Below are positions 56,086-64,000 of a stretch of DNA of 64,000 bases, one piece after another. Position 1 is the first letter of the stretch; each line of letters starts with the position of its first letter. The stretch is taken from contig JACPEK010000001.1 in the NCBI GenBank assembly GCA_016183535.1, positions 15,519 to 79,518 on the forward strand, read 5' to 3'. The DNA comes from Candidatus Brennerbacteria bacterium. Lineage in GTDB: Bacteria > Patescibacteriota > Minisyncoccia > UBA6257 > GWB1-50-10. The translations under genes and the position numbers were made by a program. Below the pieces are notes generated by a model. The model was not told the origin of the DNA and made no database searches. It worked only from the letters and a program-made list of their open reading frames with translations.

Positions 56086-57906
56086 TTATGCGCTTTCTTT
56101 TTCTTCTTTGCGCACCTTTTTGCGTTCGCCTTCGTCGAGGTAGATCTTGCGGATACGGATGCTCTTCGGGGTGATCTCCACCATCTCATCATCGCCGATA
56201 TAAGCGAGCGAATCTTCAAGCGAAAGTTCGAGCGGCACGTCGAGAGTTTCCGTCATACCTTCGTTCTTGGAACGGAAGTTGGTGAGTTCCTTTGCCTTGC
56301 ACACATTCACCACCACGTCGCCCGACTTCGCGTTTTGCCCCACCACCATTCCTTCGTAAACCGGCGCGCCGGGGTCGATGAAAAGCTTCCCGCGTCCCTG
56401 CGCGATAATGAGTCCAAAACTGTTAGAAATGCCCGTCGCAGTCGACACGATAGAACCGCGCGACTCGGAGCGTATCTCGCCTTTATAACCTTCGTAGCCC
56501 ATGAAGATGCTGTTCATGATGCCGAGCCCCTTCGTGTTGGTGAGAAATTCGCCGCGCGAGCCGATAAGCCCGCGGGTCGGAATGGCGAAGTCCATCAGCG
56601 TCGTAGGGCCGTCCACCTTCATCTCGCGCATGGCGCCCGAACGCTTCCCCATCATCTCGATCACCGTACCCGCATATTCGTTCGGCACCTCGACGGAAAC
56701 GAGCTCCATAGGTTCCATCTTCTTACCATCCACTTCTTTGAATATCACCTGCGGCTTGGATACTTCCAATTCAAATCCCTCGCGGCGCATCTTTTCCACA
56801 AGAATGGCCAGGTGGAGTTCGCCGCGTCCTGCGACCACCCAGCGATCCGCGGAATCGGTAGGGTTCACCTTAAGCGCCACGTCCGTCTCGAGCTCACGCG
56901 CAAGACGCTCTTTCAGGTTTCGGGAGGTGGTGTACTCCCCCTCCTTCCCGCGGAACGGTGAAGTATTCACACTGAAGGTCATCTTGATGGTGGGCTCGTC
57001 GATGTGAATAGTGGGAAGCGCAACCGGATTCTCGGCATCCGCGATGGTTTCGCCGATCGAGATATCGGGAATTCCCGCCACCGCTACGATCTCGCCCGCC
57101 TGCGCCTCATCCGCGTCCACCCGGTTCAGTCCTTCGAAGAGCATCACCCCCGAAACGGTGGTGCGCGCGGTTTCTCCGGCGCGATTGATATGCGCCACCG
57201 TCATTCCTTTCTTCAACACCCCCGCGTAGAGCCGCCCCACCGCAAGTTTTCCCTTGTAGTTGTCGTAGGCGAGGTTCACGGTGAGCATCTGGAGAGGATC
57301 CTGCGGACGGGCTTCCGGCGCCGGCACATAGCTCACTATAGTATCAAATATACAGGTAACGTCTTTCATTGCCGCGAGGTCAGGTGAAGTACCCGCCTTT
57401 CCCATCACTGCGGAGGCATAGATGACGGGAAATTCCACTTGCGCTTCGGAGGCGCCAAGCTCGAAAAAGAGATCGTAGGTCGCGTTCAATACCCACGCCG
57501 GCCGCGCCGCGGGCTTGTCTATTTTATTGATAACCACGATGACTTTATGCCCCGCTTCGATCGCCTTCCGGAGCACAAACTTCGTCTGGGGCATGGGACC
57601 TTCCTTCGCGTCCACAAGGAGGAGCACGCCGTCCACCATGCGCATAATGCGCTCCACCTCACCGCCGAAATCGGCGTGGCCGGGGGTGTCCACGATGTTT
57701 ATCTTTACGTCGCCGTGCCGGATAGACGCATTTTTGGAGAAAATAGTAATACCGCGCTCCCGTTCGAGTTCGTTTGAGTCCATGATAAGCTCCTGCGCGG
57801 CGTCGGCTTTGAGACGAAAGCGGTCCGACTGCTTGAGGAGCGCGTCGACCAGAGTCGTTTTCCCGTGGTCAACGTGGGCGATAATGGCGATATTTCTTAG
57901 TTCCAT
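56086..57906 (-). CDS. typA: Translational GTPase TypA/BipA
   Basis: RNIAIIAHVDHGKTTLVD, GRGELHL.IL.E.MRREG.E, EITPKSIRIRK. Confidence 0.97.
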   Translation of the reverse strand: MELRNIAIIAHVDHGKTTLVDALLKQSDRFRLKADAAQELIMDSNELERERGITIFSKNASIRHGDVKINIVDTPGHADFGGEVERIMRMVDGVLLLVDAKEGPMPQTKFVLRKAIEAGHKVIVVINKIDKPAARPAWVLNATYDLFFELGASEAQVEFPVIYASAVMGKAGTSPDLAAMKDVTCIFDTIVSYVPAPEARPQDPLQMLTVNLAYDNYKGKLAVGRLYAGVLKKGMTVAHINRAGETARTTVSGVMLFEGLNRVDADEAQAGEIVAVAGIPDISIGETIADAENPVALPTIHIDEPTIKMTFSVNTSPFRGKEGEYTTSRNLKERLARELETDVALKVNPTDSADRWVVAGRGELHLAILVEKMRREGFELEVSKPQVIFKEVDGKKMEPMELVSVEVPNEYAGTVIEMMGKRSGAMREMKVDGPTTLMDFAIPTRGLIGSRGEFLTNTKGLGIMNSIFMGYEGYKGEIRSESRGSIVSTATGISNSFGLIIAQGRGKLFIDPGAPVYEGMVVGQNAKSGDVVVNVCKAKELTNFRSKNEGMTETLDVPLELSLEDSLAYIGDDEMVEITPKSIRIRKIYLDEGERKKVRKEEKESA

Positions 57907-58036
57907 AGTTCGGTGATACTCACCACAAGTAAACAGAAAAAAATGCCCGGAAAAGGGCTCTACGAGTCGACTATACCACGAAGTGCGGGATTTCACAACC
58001 CGTGCGAAAACACACGTAGACGGTTATACTGCCCGA

Positions 58037-58471
58037 ATGAATTTCAAAATTTGGCTCGGCATCGTTGTCGCGCTCGTCTTGTTTGGCGCGGCAGGACTAT
58101 ATCTCGCGCCACAGGAACCCGAAAAAACGCTACACACCGAGAAGTCCAATCTCATCGTCGTAGATGCGCCGCGTAGAGGCGAGCGAATTTCTTCCCCGCT
58201 TATCGTTACCGGCCGGGCGCGCGGCAACTGGTACTTCGAGGCAAGCTTCCCGATTGAAATTCTCGACGCCGAAGGAAATGTGATCGGGCAAGGATATGCG
58301 GAGACGAAGAACGACTGGATGACCGAAGAGTTCGTGCCGTTTGAATCGATCTCTATCCCCTTCTCCCCGCAGGCGGCGGAAAGCCAAGGTACGCTCATTC
58401 TCCGAAGAGACAACCCTTCCGGACTTCCGGAACACGATGACGCGCTCGAGGTTCCCGTTATTTTCGAATAA
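58037..58471 (+). CDS. Gmad2 immunoglobulin-like domain protein
   Basis: N-terminal TM helix; SPL.V.G.ARG.WYFEA.FP, WMT..FVPF, DNPSGLPE. Confidence 0.85.
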   Translation: MNFKIWLGIVVALVLFGAAGLYLAPQEPEKTLHTEKSNLIVVDAPRRGERISSPLIVTGRARGNWYFEASFPIEILDAEGNVIGQGYAETKNDWMTEEFVPFESISIPFSPQAAESQGTLILRRDNPSGLPEHDDALEVPVIFE

Positions 58472-58480
58472 ACCGCGGAA

Positions 58481-59386
58481 CTAAAGCCGAAGGTAGCGAC
58501 GAGTCGCGATGATTGAAGAGACAATGCCGAGTGCGATGCAAAAGAGAAGTTGATAGAGGAGCAACGTGAAAAAATGGGTACGGAAGTACGCCGAGAGCGC
58601 GAGTTCCGGTATAAATCGTCCCACGTATGGAGAAAGAAATCCGATAACGGGAATGAGAATGAGAAATCCTATAATGCCGGCAATCGCGCCGTAAATGATA
58701 CCCTCCACGGTGTAGGGGCCTCGAATGAATATATTCGAGGCGCCCACGAGCCGCATAATGCTGATTTGCTCGCGGTTTGAGAAAATCGCGAGGCGGATGG
58801 TGTTAAAAGTGACCGTTACCGCGAGGAATGCAAGAAACACTGTGAGTGTGATCCCGCTCTTCTTCATCGTGTCGACAAGGCCCACAAGCCGGTCAATGAC
58901 CACCTGGTTCTGCGCGTAAGTAACCTTCTCCACTAGATCGCCAAGGTTTTCGTTTTCCAGATAGGAGGCGATGGCGGCATACTCGCTCGGATCCTCCGCT
59001 TTTACGTTCAAGGACGCGAGGAGCGGGTTTTCATCAAGTTCCGCCAAGGTCTGCGTGATGGTATCTTCGCCCTCGTGGCGCGCCTTGAATTCCGCGAGCG
59101 CCTGCTCGCGCGAGACATACTCTACGCTTTTCACCTCTTCGAGTCCCTCGAGAGAACGTTTGATGTTTAGGATGGCGTCTTCCTCCGCGTTGCTCTTGAA
59201 ATACACACTGATGTCAATTTTGTTTTGGATTGATTCGAGCGCGGTTTTCCCCATCACATTAAACAGGATGAGCCCCTCGAACACGAGCGCGGCGAGAATC
59301 ATGATGCTTACGGTGGAAAGCGAGAGCCAGCCGTTTCGAAGGAACGCCTGCCAGCCGTATTTTATGATGCGCGAGAGGGTTACCAT
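58481..59386 (-). CDS. ftsX: Cell division permease FtsX
   Basis: RN.WLS, NTIRL.I..R..I.IMRLVGAS..FIRGP..VEG. Confidence 0.93.
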   Translation of the reverse strand: MVTLSRIIKYGWQAFLRNGWLSLSTVSIMILAALVFEGLILFNVMGKTALESIQNKIDISVYFKSNAEEDAILNIKRSLEGLEEVKSVEYVSREQALAEFKARHEGEDTITQTLAELDENPLLASLNVKAEDPSEYAAIASYLENENLGDLVEKVTYAQNQVVIDRLVGLVDTMKKSGITLTVFLAFLAVTVTFNTIRLAIFSNREQISIMRLVGASNIFIRGPYTVEGIIYGAIAGIIGFLILIPVIGFLSPYVGRFIPELALSAYFRTHFFTLLLYQLLFCIALGIVSSIIATRRYLRL

Positions 59387-59420
59387 GGAAACAATAGAAG
59401 TGGGTGGTGAGAGCGAGTGG

Positions 59421-60101
59421 TTAATCGAGAATAAATCGGCCGTGTTCCTCATCCTTCAATACCGCCCCGTCTTCCAGAGTTATCACTCGCCGCCCGATGG
59501 TATTCACAACCTCCTTGTCGTGTGTTGCAAGAATCACCGTGCTTCCCAACTCGTTGATCTTCAAAAGTAATTTTACCACCTCCCACGTGTTGAAAGGATC
59601 AAGGTTGCCGGTCGGTTCGTCGGCAATAAGAACGTCCGGATGGTTGATCATCGCCCGCGCGATCGCCACCCGCTGGCGTTCGCCTCCCGAGAGCTCTGCC
59701 GGAAAGCTGGCTGTTTTTTCTTTGAGCCCCACCATATCGAGGATTTGCGGCACATATTCCAAAATGTCACGCTCGGATCTCCCTCCCACCTCAAGCGCAA
59801 ACGCGACGTTCTCAAACACTGTCTTGCCGGCGAGGAGCCGGAAATCCTGAAAAATGACACCAATACGGCGTCGAAACTCGGGAAACTCCTTCGGAAGAAG
59901 TTTGTTTACTTCAAACGAACCGAAGAAAATTTGCCCCTTCGTGGGCTTTTCTTCCCCTATGAGAAGTTTTACCACGGTGGATTTTCCGGCTCCCGAGCGC
60001 CCCACCACGGAGACGAACTCGCCCGGCTGAATCTTGAAACCAACCTTATCGAGCGCATTCGATTTTCCGTAGGTCTTCGTGACGTTCTGAAAAATGATCA
60101 T
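59421..60101 (-). CDS. ftsE: Cell division ATP-binding protein FtsE
   Basis: GRSGAGKST, RRRIGVIFQDFRLL, LSGGE.QRV, ADEPTGNLDP; adjacent to ftsX. Confidence 0.95.
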   Translation of the reverse strand: MIIFQNVTKTYGKSNALDKVGFKIQPGEFVSVVGRSGAGKSTVVKLLIGEEKPTKGQIFFGSFEVNKLLPKEFPEFRRRIGVIFQDFRLLAGKTVFENVAFALEVGGRSERDILEYVPQILDMVGLKEKTASFPAELSGGERQRVAIARAMINHPDVLIADEPTGNLDPFNTWEVVKLLLKINELGSTVILATHDKEVVNTIGRRVITLEDGAVLKDEEHGRFILD

Positions 60102-60151
60102 GGAGCTAAGAAAAAAGCTCGTCCGAGCTTTTTAAAAGTATATCAAATTCC

Positions 60152-60847
60152 TTACCTCTTTTCCAACAGATCCAATTCCCCTTCCAATATCTGCTCCACA
60201 CGCGATATTTTATGTCCCGTACGGTGATCCTTCACTTGTTTGTAGGGATGGAGCACATACGAACGTATCTCGTGCCCCCATTCGGGCGCCACTTTTGTTT
60301 TGAGATTTGCGATGGATGCCTCATGTTTTTCTTCCATTAGTTTCACGAGTTTCGCTTTGAGAAGTGCGAGCGCCTTTTCGCGGTTCGCGGCTTGTGAACG
60401 TTCGGCACGGGACGCGGCGACAATACCGGTCGGTAGGTGTACGATGCGCACCGCGGTTTCGACCTTGTTCACGTTTTGACCGCCGGGGCCGCCCGCACGC
60501 GAGAAATCCACATTCAAATCCTTCTCTGGCACCACAATGTTCCGCGCCTCCATCTCGGGGAGTCCCGGCAAAACCTCTACCGCCGCAAATGACGTGTGGC
60601 GAAGTTTCTTCGCATCGAAGGGCGAGATGCGCACGAGGCGATGCACACCATTCTCCCCTTTCAGCCGCTCGTAGGTACCCTCGCCTTTGAATTCCAGTGT
60701 GAGGTCGTCCACCTGCGTTTTCTTCCACCCGCGCCGGTCGGCGTAGCGCGAATACATCCGGAGGAGCATCTGCGCCCAATCCTTCGCATCATCTCCGCCA
60801 GCTCCGGCCATAAGCGACACGGTCGCGATGTTATTGTTTACTGTCAT
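60152..60847 (-). CDS. prfB: Peptide chain release factor 2, N-terminally truncated
   Basis: [45 protein letters not shown]. Confidence 0.85.
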   Translation of the reverse strand: MTVNNNIATVSLMAGAGGDDAKDWAQMLLRMYSRYADRRGWKKTQVDDLTLEFKGEGTYERLKGENGVHRLVRISPFDAKKLRHTSFAAVEVLPGLPEMEARNIVVPEKDLNVDFSRAGGPGGQNVNKVETAVRIVHLPTGIVAASRAERSQAANREKALALLKAKLVKLMEEKHEASIANLKTKVAPEWGHEIRSYVLHPYKQVKDHRTGHKISRVEQILEGELDLLEKR

Positions 60848-60848
60848 C

Positions 60849-60923
60849 TGGAGCCGCCTCTCGGATTTGAACCGAGGACCCACGCTTTACGAAAGCGTTG
60901 CTCTACCACTGAGCTAAGGCGGC
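60849..60923 (-). tRNA. tRNA-Thr(CGT)
   Basis: GCCGCCT TAGCTCAGTGGTAGAGCA ACGCT TT CGT AA AGCGT..GGTTCAAATCC..AGGCGGC T CCA. Confidence 0.95.
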
Positions 60924-61050
60924 CTGCCTCGCCATGCTCGTCAAGGCGGGCGCGAATCCATCCTATTCGATTTTCGTTATTTTTTCAATAAAACCGAGAT
61001 GTTATCAAAATAATCTTGTTTTTTTGTGTAATTTCTGTTATTATGCAACA

Positions 61051-61421
61051 GGTATTTCAAGCGACAGCCCGCCTACATCTGCAAAGTTGTGGCGGGAGGA
61101 AAGTCCGGGCACTTAATCTTGTGCTATGCACAAGATAAAGGTAGCGGGTAACGCCCGTCGTCCGCAAGGATAGAGGTGCGAGCAGAAACGTCCCTGCCTG
61201 CCGGCAGGCAGGCCGACCGAAAGGTTCAGGGAGGACCTGATCCCAGGCCAAGAGGTCCAGCTCCGCGATAGGGATGACAAAGCGGAGATGAAACGGCTAA
61301 ATCCTTACCCGAGTGCAAGGCCGTACTTGCGCCGCAAGACGCATTTGAGCCGCTCGAGCCCGCGAGTAATCGCGGTCCCAGATGAATTGTCGCCTAAACA
61401 GAACCCGGCTTATGAGATACC
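61051..61421 (+). ncRNA. rnpB: RNase P RNA
   Basis: GAGGAAAGTCCGGGC and ACAGAACCCGGCTTA (P4), TGAAACGG, AGTGCAAG; P1 ggtatttca/tgagatacc. Confidence 0.93.
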
Positions 61422-61452
61422 ACAAACCCCGCCTTACGGCGGGGTTTTGTTT
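61422..61452. terminator. Intrinsic terminator after rnpB
   Basis: aaaccccgcc-ttac-ggcggggttt-tgttt. Confidence 0.8.
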
Positions 61453-61467
61453 CAAGCTGGGCGCTTT

Positions 61468-61986
61468 CTAATTTACTAAAACTCCGACGAAGACACCGAC
61501 CGCGATCGCGGCACCGCCGATAAGGAGCATGCGAACTATTTCCTTGCCGGCGGCCACACGTGAAACATGTGCGGATGCGAGCGCGAGTCCAAGAAGCGCA
61601 AGAAGAGAAGCCCCAATCGAAACAAAAAGCGCTACGTTCCCCTCCCACGCAAAATACGGGGTAAGGGGCACAAATCCCGACACAAAATAGGACACAAACA
61701 TAATCGCACCCGCGCGGCGGGAGTCGCGATCTGCGGTGCGACCACGTATATGGAGCACGGCTTCCTCCGCTGAATGTTCCGCGAGAAAGCTTCCCACGGC
61801 CATCGAGAATGCCTCGACAAAAATAAGCACCACGCCCGTCAACACGATTGTCTGGCGGGGCGTGCCCACCGCGGCGATACCGGAGAGGAGACCAACCGTG
61901 GATACCACGCTGTCTTCCACGCCGAAGACGAAGTTGCGCATAATGAGCATGCGCCGCTCTTTTTTCTCGAAACGATCTTCAGCCAT
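61468..61986 (-). CDS. VIT1/CCC1-family transporter
   Basis: FVFGVEDSVVST.GLLSG, FSMAVG.FLAE, G.VPL.PY. Confidence 0.88.
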   Translation of the reverse strand: MAEDRFEKKERRMLIMRNFVFGVEDSVVSTVGLLSGIAAVGTPRQTIVLTGVVLIFVEAFSMAVGSFLAEHSAEEAVLHIRGRTADRDSRRAGAIMFVSYFVSGFVPLTPYFAWEGNVALFVSIGASLLALLGLALASAHVSRVAAGKEIVRMLLIGGAAIAVGVFVGVLVN

Positions 61987-62249
61987 CAAGACTCAATTGC
62001 TTTCCTCTTCTCCTCGTACTCTTTTTTCTCTATCTCCCCCTTCGCGTAGCGTTCTTTCAAAATCTCGAGCGCCGACTTGCCGCGTGGCATGTTGCCGGTT
62101 CCGCCGGATTGCGGCACACTACGTTCCGAAAACCAACGGATGGCGGAGAGCACCAAAAAGACAAGTAGTACCCACCATACCACCATCCCGATCCAGCCGA
62201 GCCACCCACCATCCCATCCATACCATCCTCCATGCATCATGCCGAACAT
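61986..62249 (-). CDS. SHOCT-domain membrane protein
   Basis: Gly/Trp/Met-rich TM segment, ALEILKERYAKGEI...EYEE. Confidence 0.9.
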   Translation of the reverse strand: MFGMMHGGWYGWDGGWLGWIGMVVWWVLLVFLVLSAIRWFSERSVPQSGGTGNMPRGKSALEILKERYAKGEIEKKEYEEKRKAIES

Positions 62250-62278
62250 AATGATTATTAATTATTGATGATTGACCT

Positions 62279-62755
62279 TTAACCGAACCAGACAAGAAGC
62301 GAAGGGAACCTCACGCTCCACCGCGATGCAACGCCCCATCCATCTATTCCCCACACGCGCCCTGCGCGCACTGCGGCGAGAAAAAACAACACCGCGACGT
62401 AAATGAGGTGTTCGTCCACCACGAACGAATGCGCGTTCGGGTACCACCCATCAAGGACAGGGAGATAGTAGAGCAGCATAAAGACACTTCCTAAGATCGA
62501 AACAAACCGGACACCGAACCCTACTATCAGGAACGCGCCAATGAGCGTGAGCCCCCATTCGTTCGCCGCATTCACGTACGGTAAGATCGCCGGCGATGCG
62601 AGCCACGCGAAAAAAGAGGAAAACGTTTTCGCGCCGCGCAGGTATTCCTCGGCCGACCACGACGGATTGAATACTTTGGTGATGCCGGCATAGAACAGCA
62701 TCCACCCCATTCCGACGCGAAGTGTTGCGAGTGAGATTTTCTCAAACTTTGTCAT
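62279..62755 (-). CDS. DoxX-family membrane protein
   Basis: LRVGMGW.LFYAGI.K, EWG..LIG..LI.G..VR, VDEH, AGR.WG.D. Confidence 0.88.
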   Translation of the reverse strand: MTKFEKISLATLRVGMGWMLFYAGITKVFNPSWSAEEYLRGAKTFSSFFAWLASPAILPYVNAANEWGLTLIGAFLIVGFGVRFVSILGSVFMLLYYLPVLDGWYPNAHSFVVDEHLIYVAVLFFLAAVRAGRVWGIDGWGVASRWSVRFPSLLVWFG

Positions 62756-62764
62756 AAATTCTTC

Positions 62765-63166
62765 TCAACGTTGCGACCTTGAGGTTTCATTTTTTGGAAT
62801 GAAAGGACACCCGCTCGCGCGCGCGAGTCCCTCGAGCCCCTGCGCGCCTTCACGCCGCGTACCGTCCGCGAACGTCCATAGCGGCACTCCCTGCACGCCC
62901 GCATCCACGCATCGGTTCGGCGTTTCGGTACATTCCACGTATTCGATGTAGCGGAACGCGTCCCCGAACGCCGCTTTTTCAGCCCGGCAATAGGGGCACG
63001 TCTTTGTGCCGTACATTACCGCTCCTTTTGTCGCAAGGCACTGCGCGAAATCTGCGACAGCCGCGTCCGCCGGCACTGGCGCTCCGCCGATGAAGGAGAA
63101 AATCCCCGCGAGCGCGACGCCTCCGAGCACAATAAAAAGTATTATGACAACAATCCGAGGTTTCAT
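62765..63166 (-). CDS. Membrane-anchored thioredoxin-fold protein
   Basis: FAQCL...GA.MYG...CPYC...K..FG, YVEC, C...GV.G.P.W. Confidence 0.85.
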   Translation of the reverse strand: MKPRIVVIILFIVLGGVALAGIFSFIGGAPVPADAAVADFAQCLATKGAVMYGTKTCPYCRAEKAAFGDAFRYIEYVECTETPNRCVDAGVQGVPLWTFADGTRREGAQGLEGLARASGCPFIPKNETSRSQR

Positions 63167-63176
63167 ACGTATTGCT

Positions 63177-63659
63177 TCAACAACAATTTTCCATCTCCTT
63201 TTCAAGATACCCAACATTTCCTTTCCGGGAAGACACTTCGTCCGGGTCGCCGTTCTGATGCTTTCGCAGTTCGAGAAAAAATCCCGCGAGCGCAAGGAGC
63301 GCGAGAACCCCGAATATCGCAAGTCCGAATGCAAAGTGTGTAACGCTCCACGCCGTCCCAAATCCAATCGGCACAAAAAACGCCTTCCACAGAAATGCCA
63401 CGCGTCCGACTCTTAAATACTTTTCTCCTTGATATGCGATGCCAACCGCCGACCCTCCCATGAGGATCCCCGCAACCGGCATATACGCGGCCGGGGAAAG
63501 CAAACCAGAAAGCGCGCCGGCAAGTATCCAGAGCCATGTCCCCGCTGTTCCTGCGCATATAGGACATACCGCTATTGGAAAAAATTTTTGCCCGTTCAGA
63601 AACCAGACGAACGCCGTAATAACGCCGATAGAAGCAAGCGCAACAAGCATTGCAATCAT
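63177..63659 (-). CDS. Membrane protein with CPxC and terminal CC
   Basis: VCPICAG...TW, LMGGS.VGIAY, ends MENCC. Confidence 0.75.
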   Translation of the reverse strand: MIAMLVALASIGVITAFVWFLNGQKFFPIAVCPICAGTAGTWLWILAGALSGLLSPAAYMPVAGILMGGSAVGIAYQGEKYLRVGRVAFLWKAFFVPIGFGTAWSVTHFAFGLAIFGVLALLALAGFFLELRKHQNGDPDEVSSRKGNVGYLEKEMENCC

Positions 63660-63719
63660 AGTAGTTGGTTACAGTATACCACTTTTCAGGTACGACTTTT
63701 GTCCAGCGCCGATTTGAAG

Positions 63720-64000
63720 TTAGAGGAAAAACATGAGGATGCCGATGCCGATCATGGCCACACCTCCCGCCCACCGCATCGCACTCCGTTCCTTCCTCTG
63801 CCACGCGCGCACCTTGTCGAGAAGTGCGGGATTCGACGCGATGCCAAGTATCACAATGAGCGGCAGAACAAAGATGAGATTATAGAGGATGAGATACGAA
63901 AGCCCCGATACGTAAGTGGTCTGATCATGGAGCAAGCCCAACGCCGCAAGGTAAGGGCCGCCCGTGCATGGGAATTCGCAGATTCCGACAAAAGCGCCCA
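63720..64000 (-). CDS. CcdA/DsbD-like cytochrome c biogenesis membrane protein, C-terminal part
   Basis: CEFPCTGGPYLA.LGLL, YLILYNLIFVLPL; runs off window end. Confidence 0.82.
   Translation of the reverse strand, partial: GAFVGICEFPCTGGPYLAALGLLHDQTTYVSGLSYLILYNLIFVLPLIVILGIASNPALLDKVRAWQRKERSAMRWAGGVAMIGIGILMFFL

Overview
Chromosomal segment of a small-genome bacterium. Gene content, short enzyme forms and many apparently leaderless genes suggest Patescibacteria/CPR (Parcubacteria-like); this is inference. The genetic code is the standard one. Housekeeping content includes a glycerate kinase-ppsA-2-hydroxyacid dehydrogenase-enolase operon, pyk, secA, rmuC, alr, lepA, a glycosyltransferase/DUF4012 cluster, rsmI, rplS, sod, nth, pseudouridine synthases, msrB, a MacAB-like/ECF-sigma operon, rpmA, rplI, ctpA, def, fmt, obgE, a DEAD helicase, typA, ftsEX and a truncated RF2. 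RNA genes are four tRNAs, RNase P RNA and a likely 6S RNA. The most striking signal is a family of small large-serine-recombinase (LSR) elements that appear to cross over inside the tRNA 3' ACCA end (core TGGTG). Integration splits the recombinase gene, leaving its C-terminal codons (..ARTFF../..VRTHF..) at the far end of the island. Two such elements are stacked at tRNA-Leu and a minimal one sits at tRNA-Gly. The intact element carries, just upstream of its recombinase, a perfect 183-bp inverted copy of its own excision junction (attP). That copy is flanked by further antisense snippets of the recombinase gene and closed by a 26-bp inverted repeat, making it a candidate splint/guide element. 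Other notable items are a '5' tRNA fragment - endonuclease - intact tRNA' layout at tRNA-Gln and tRNA-Leu, a perfect four-way junction beside an att site, and a candidate sRNA/leader pair upstream of secA. All calls were made by eye from sequence motifs; no database searches were run.
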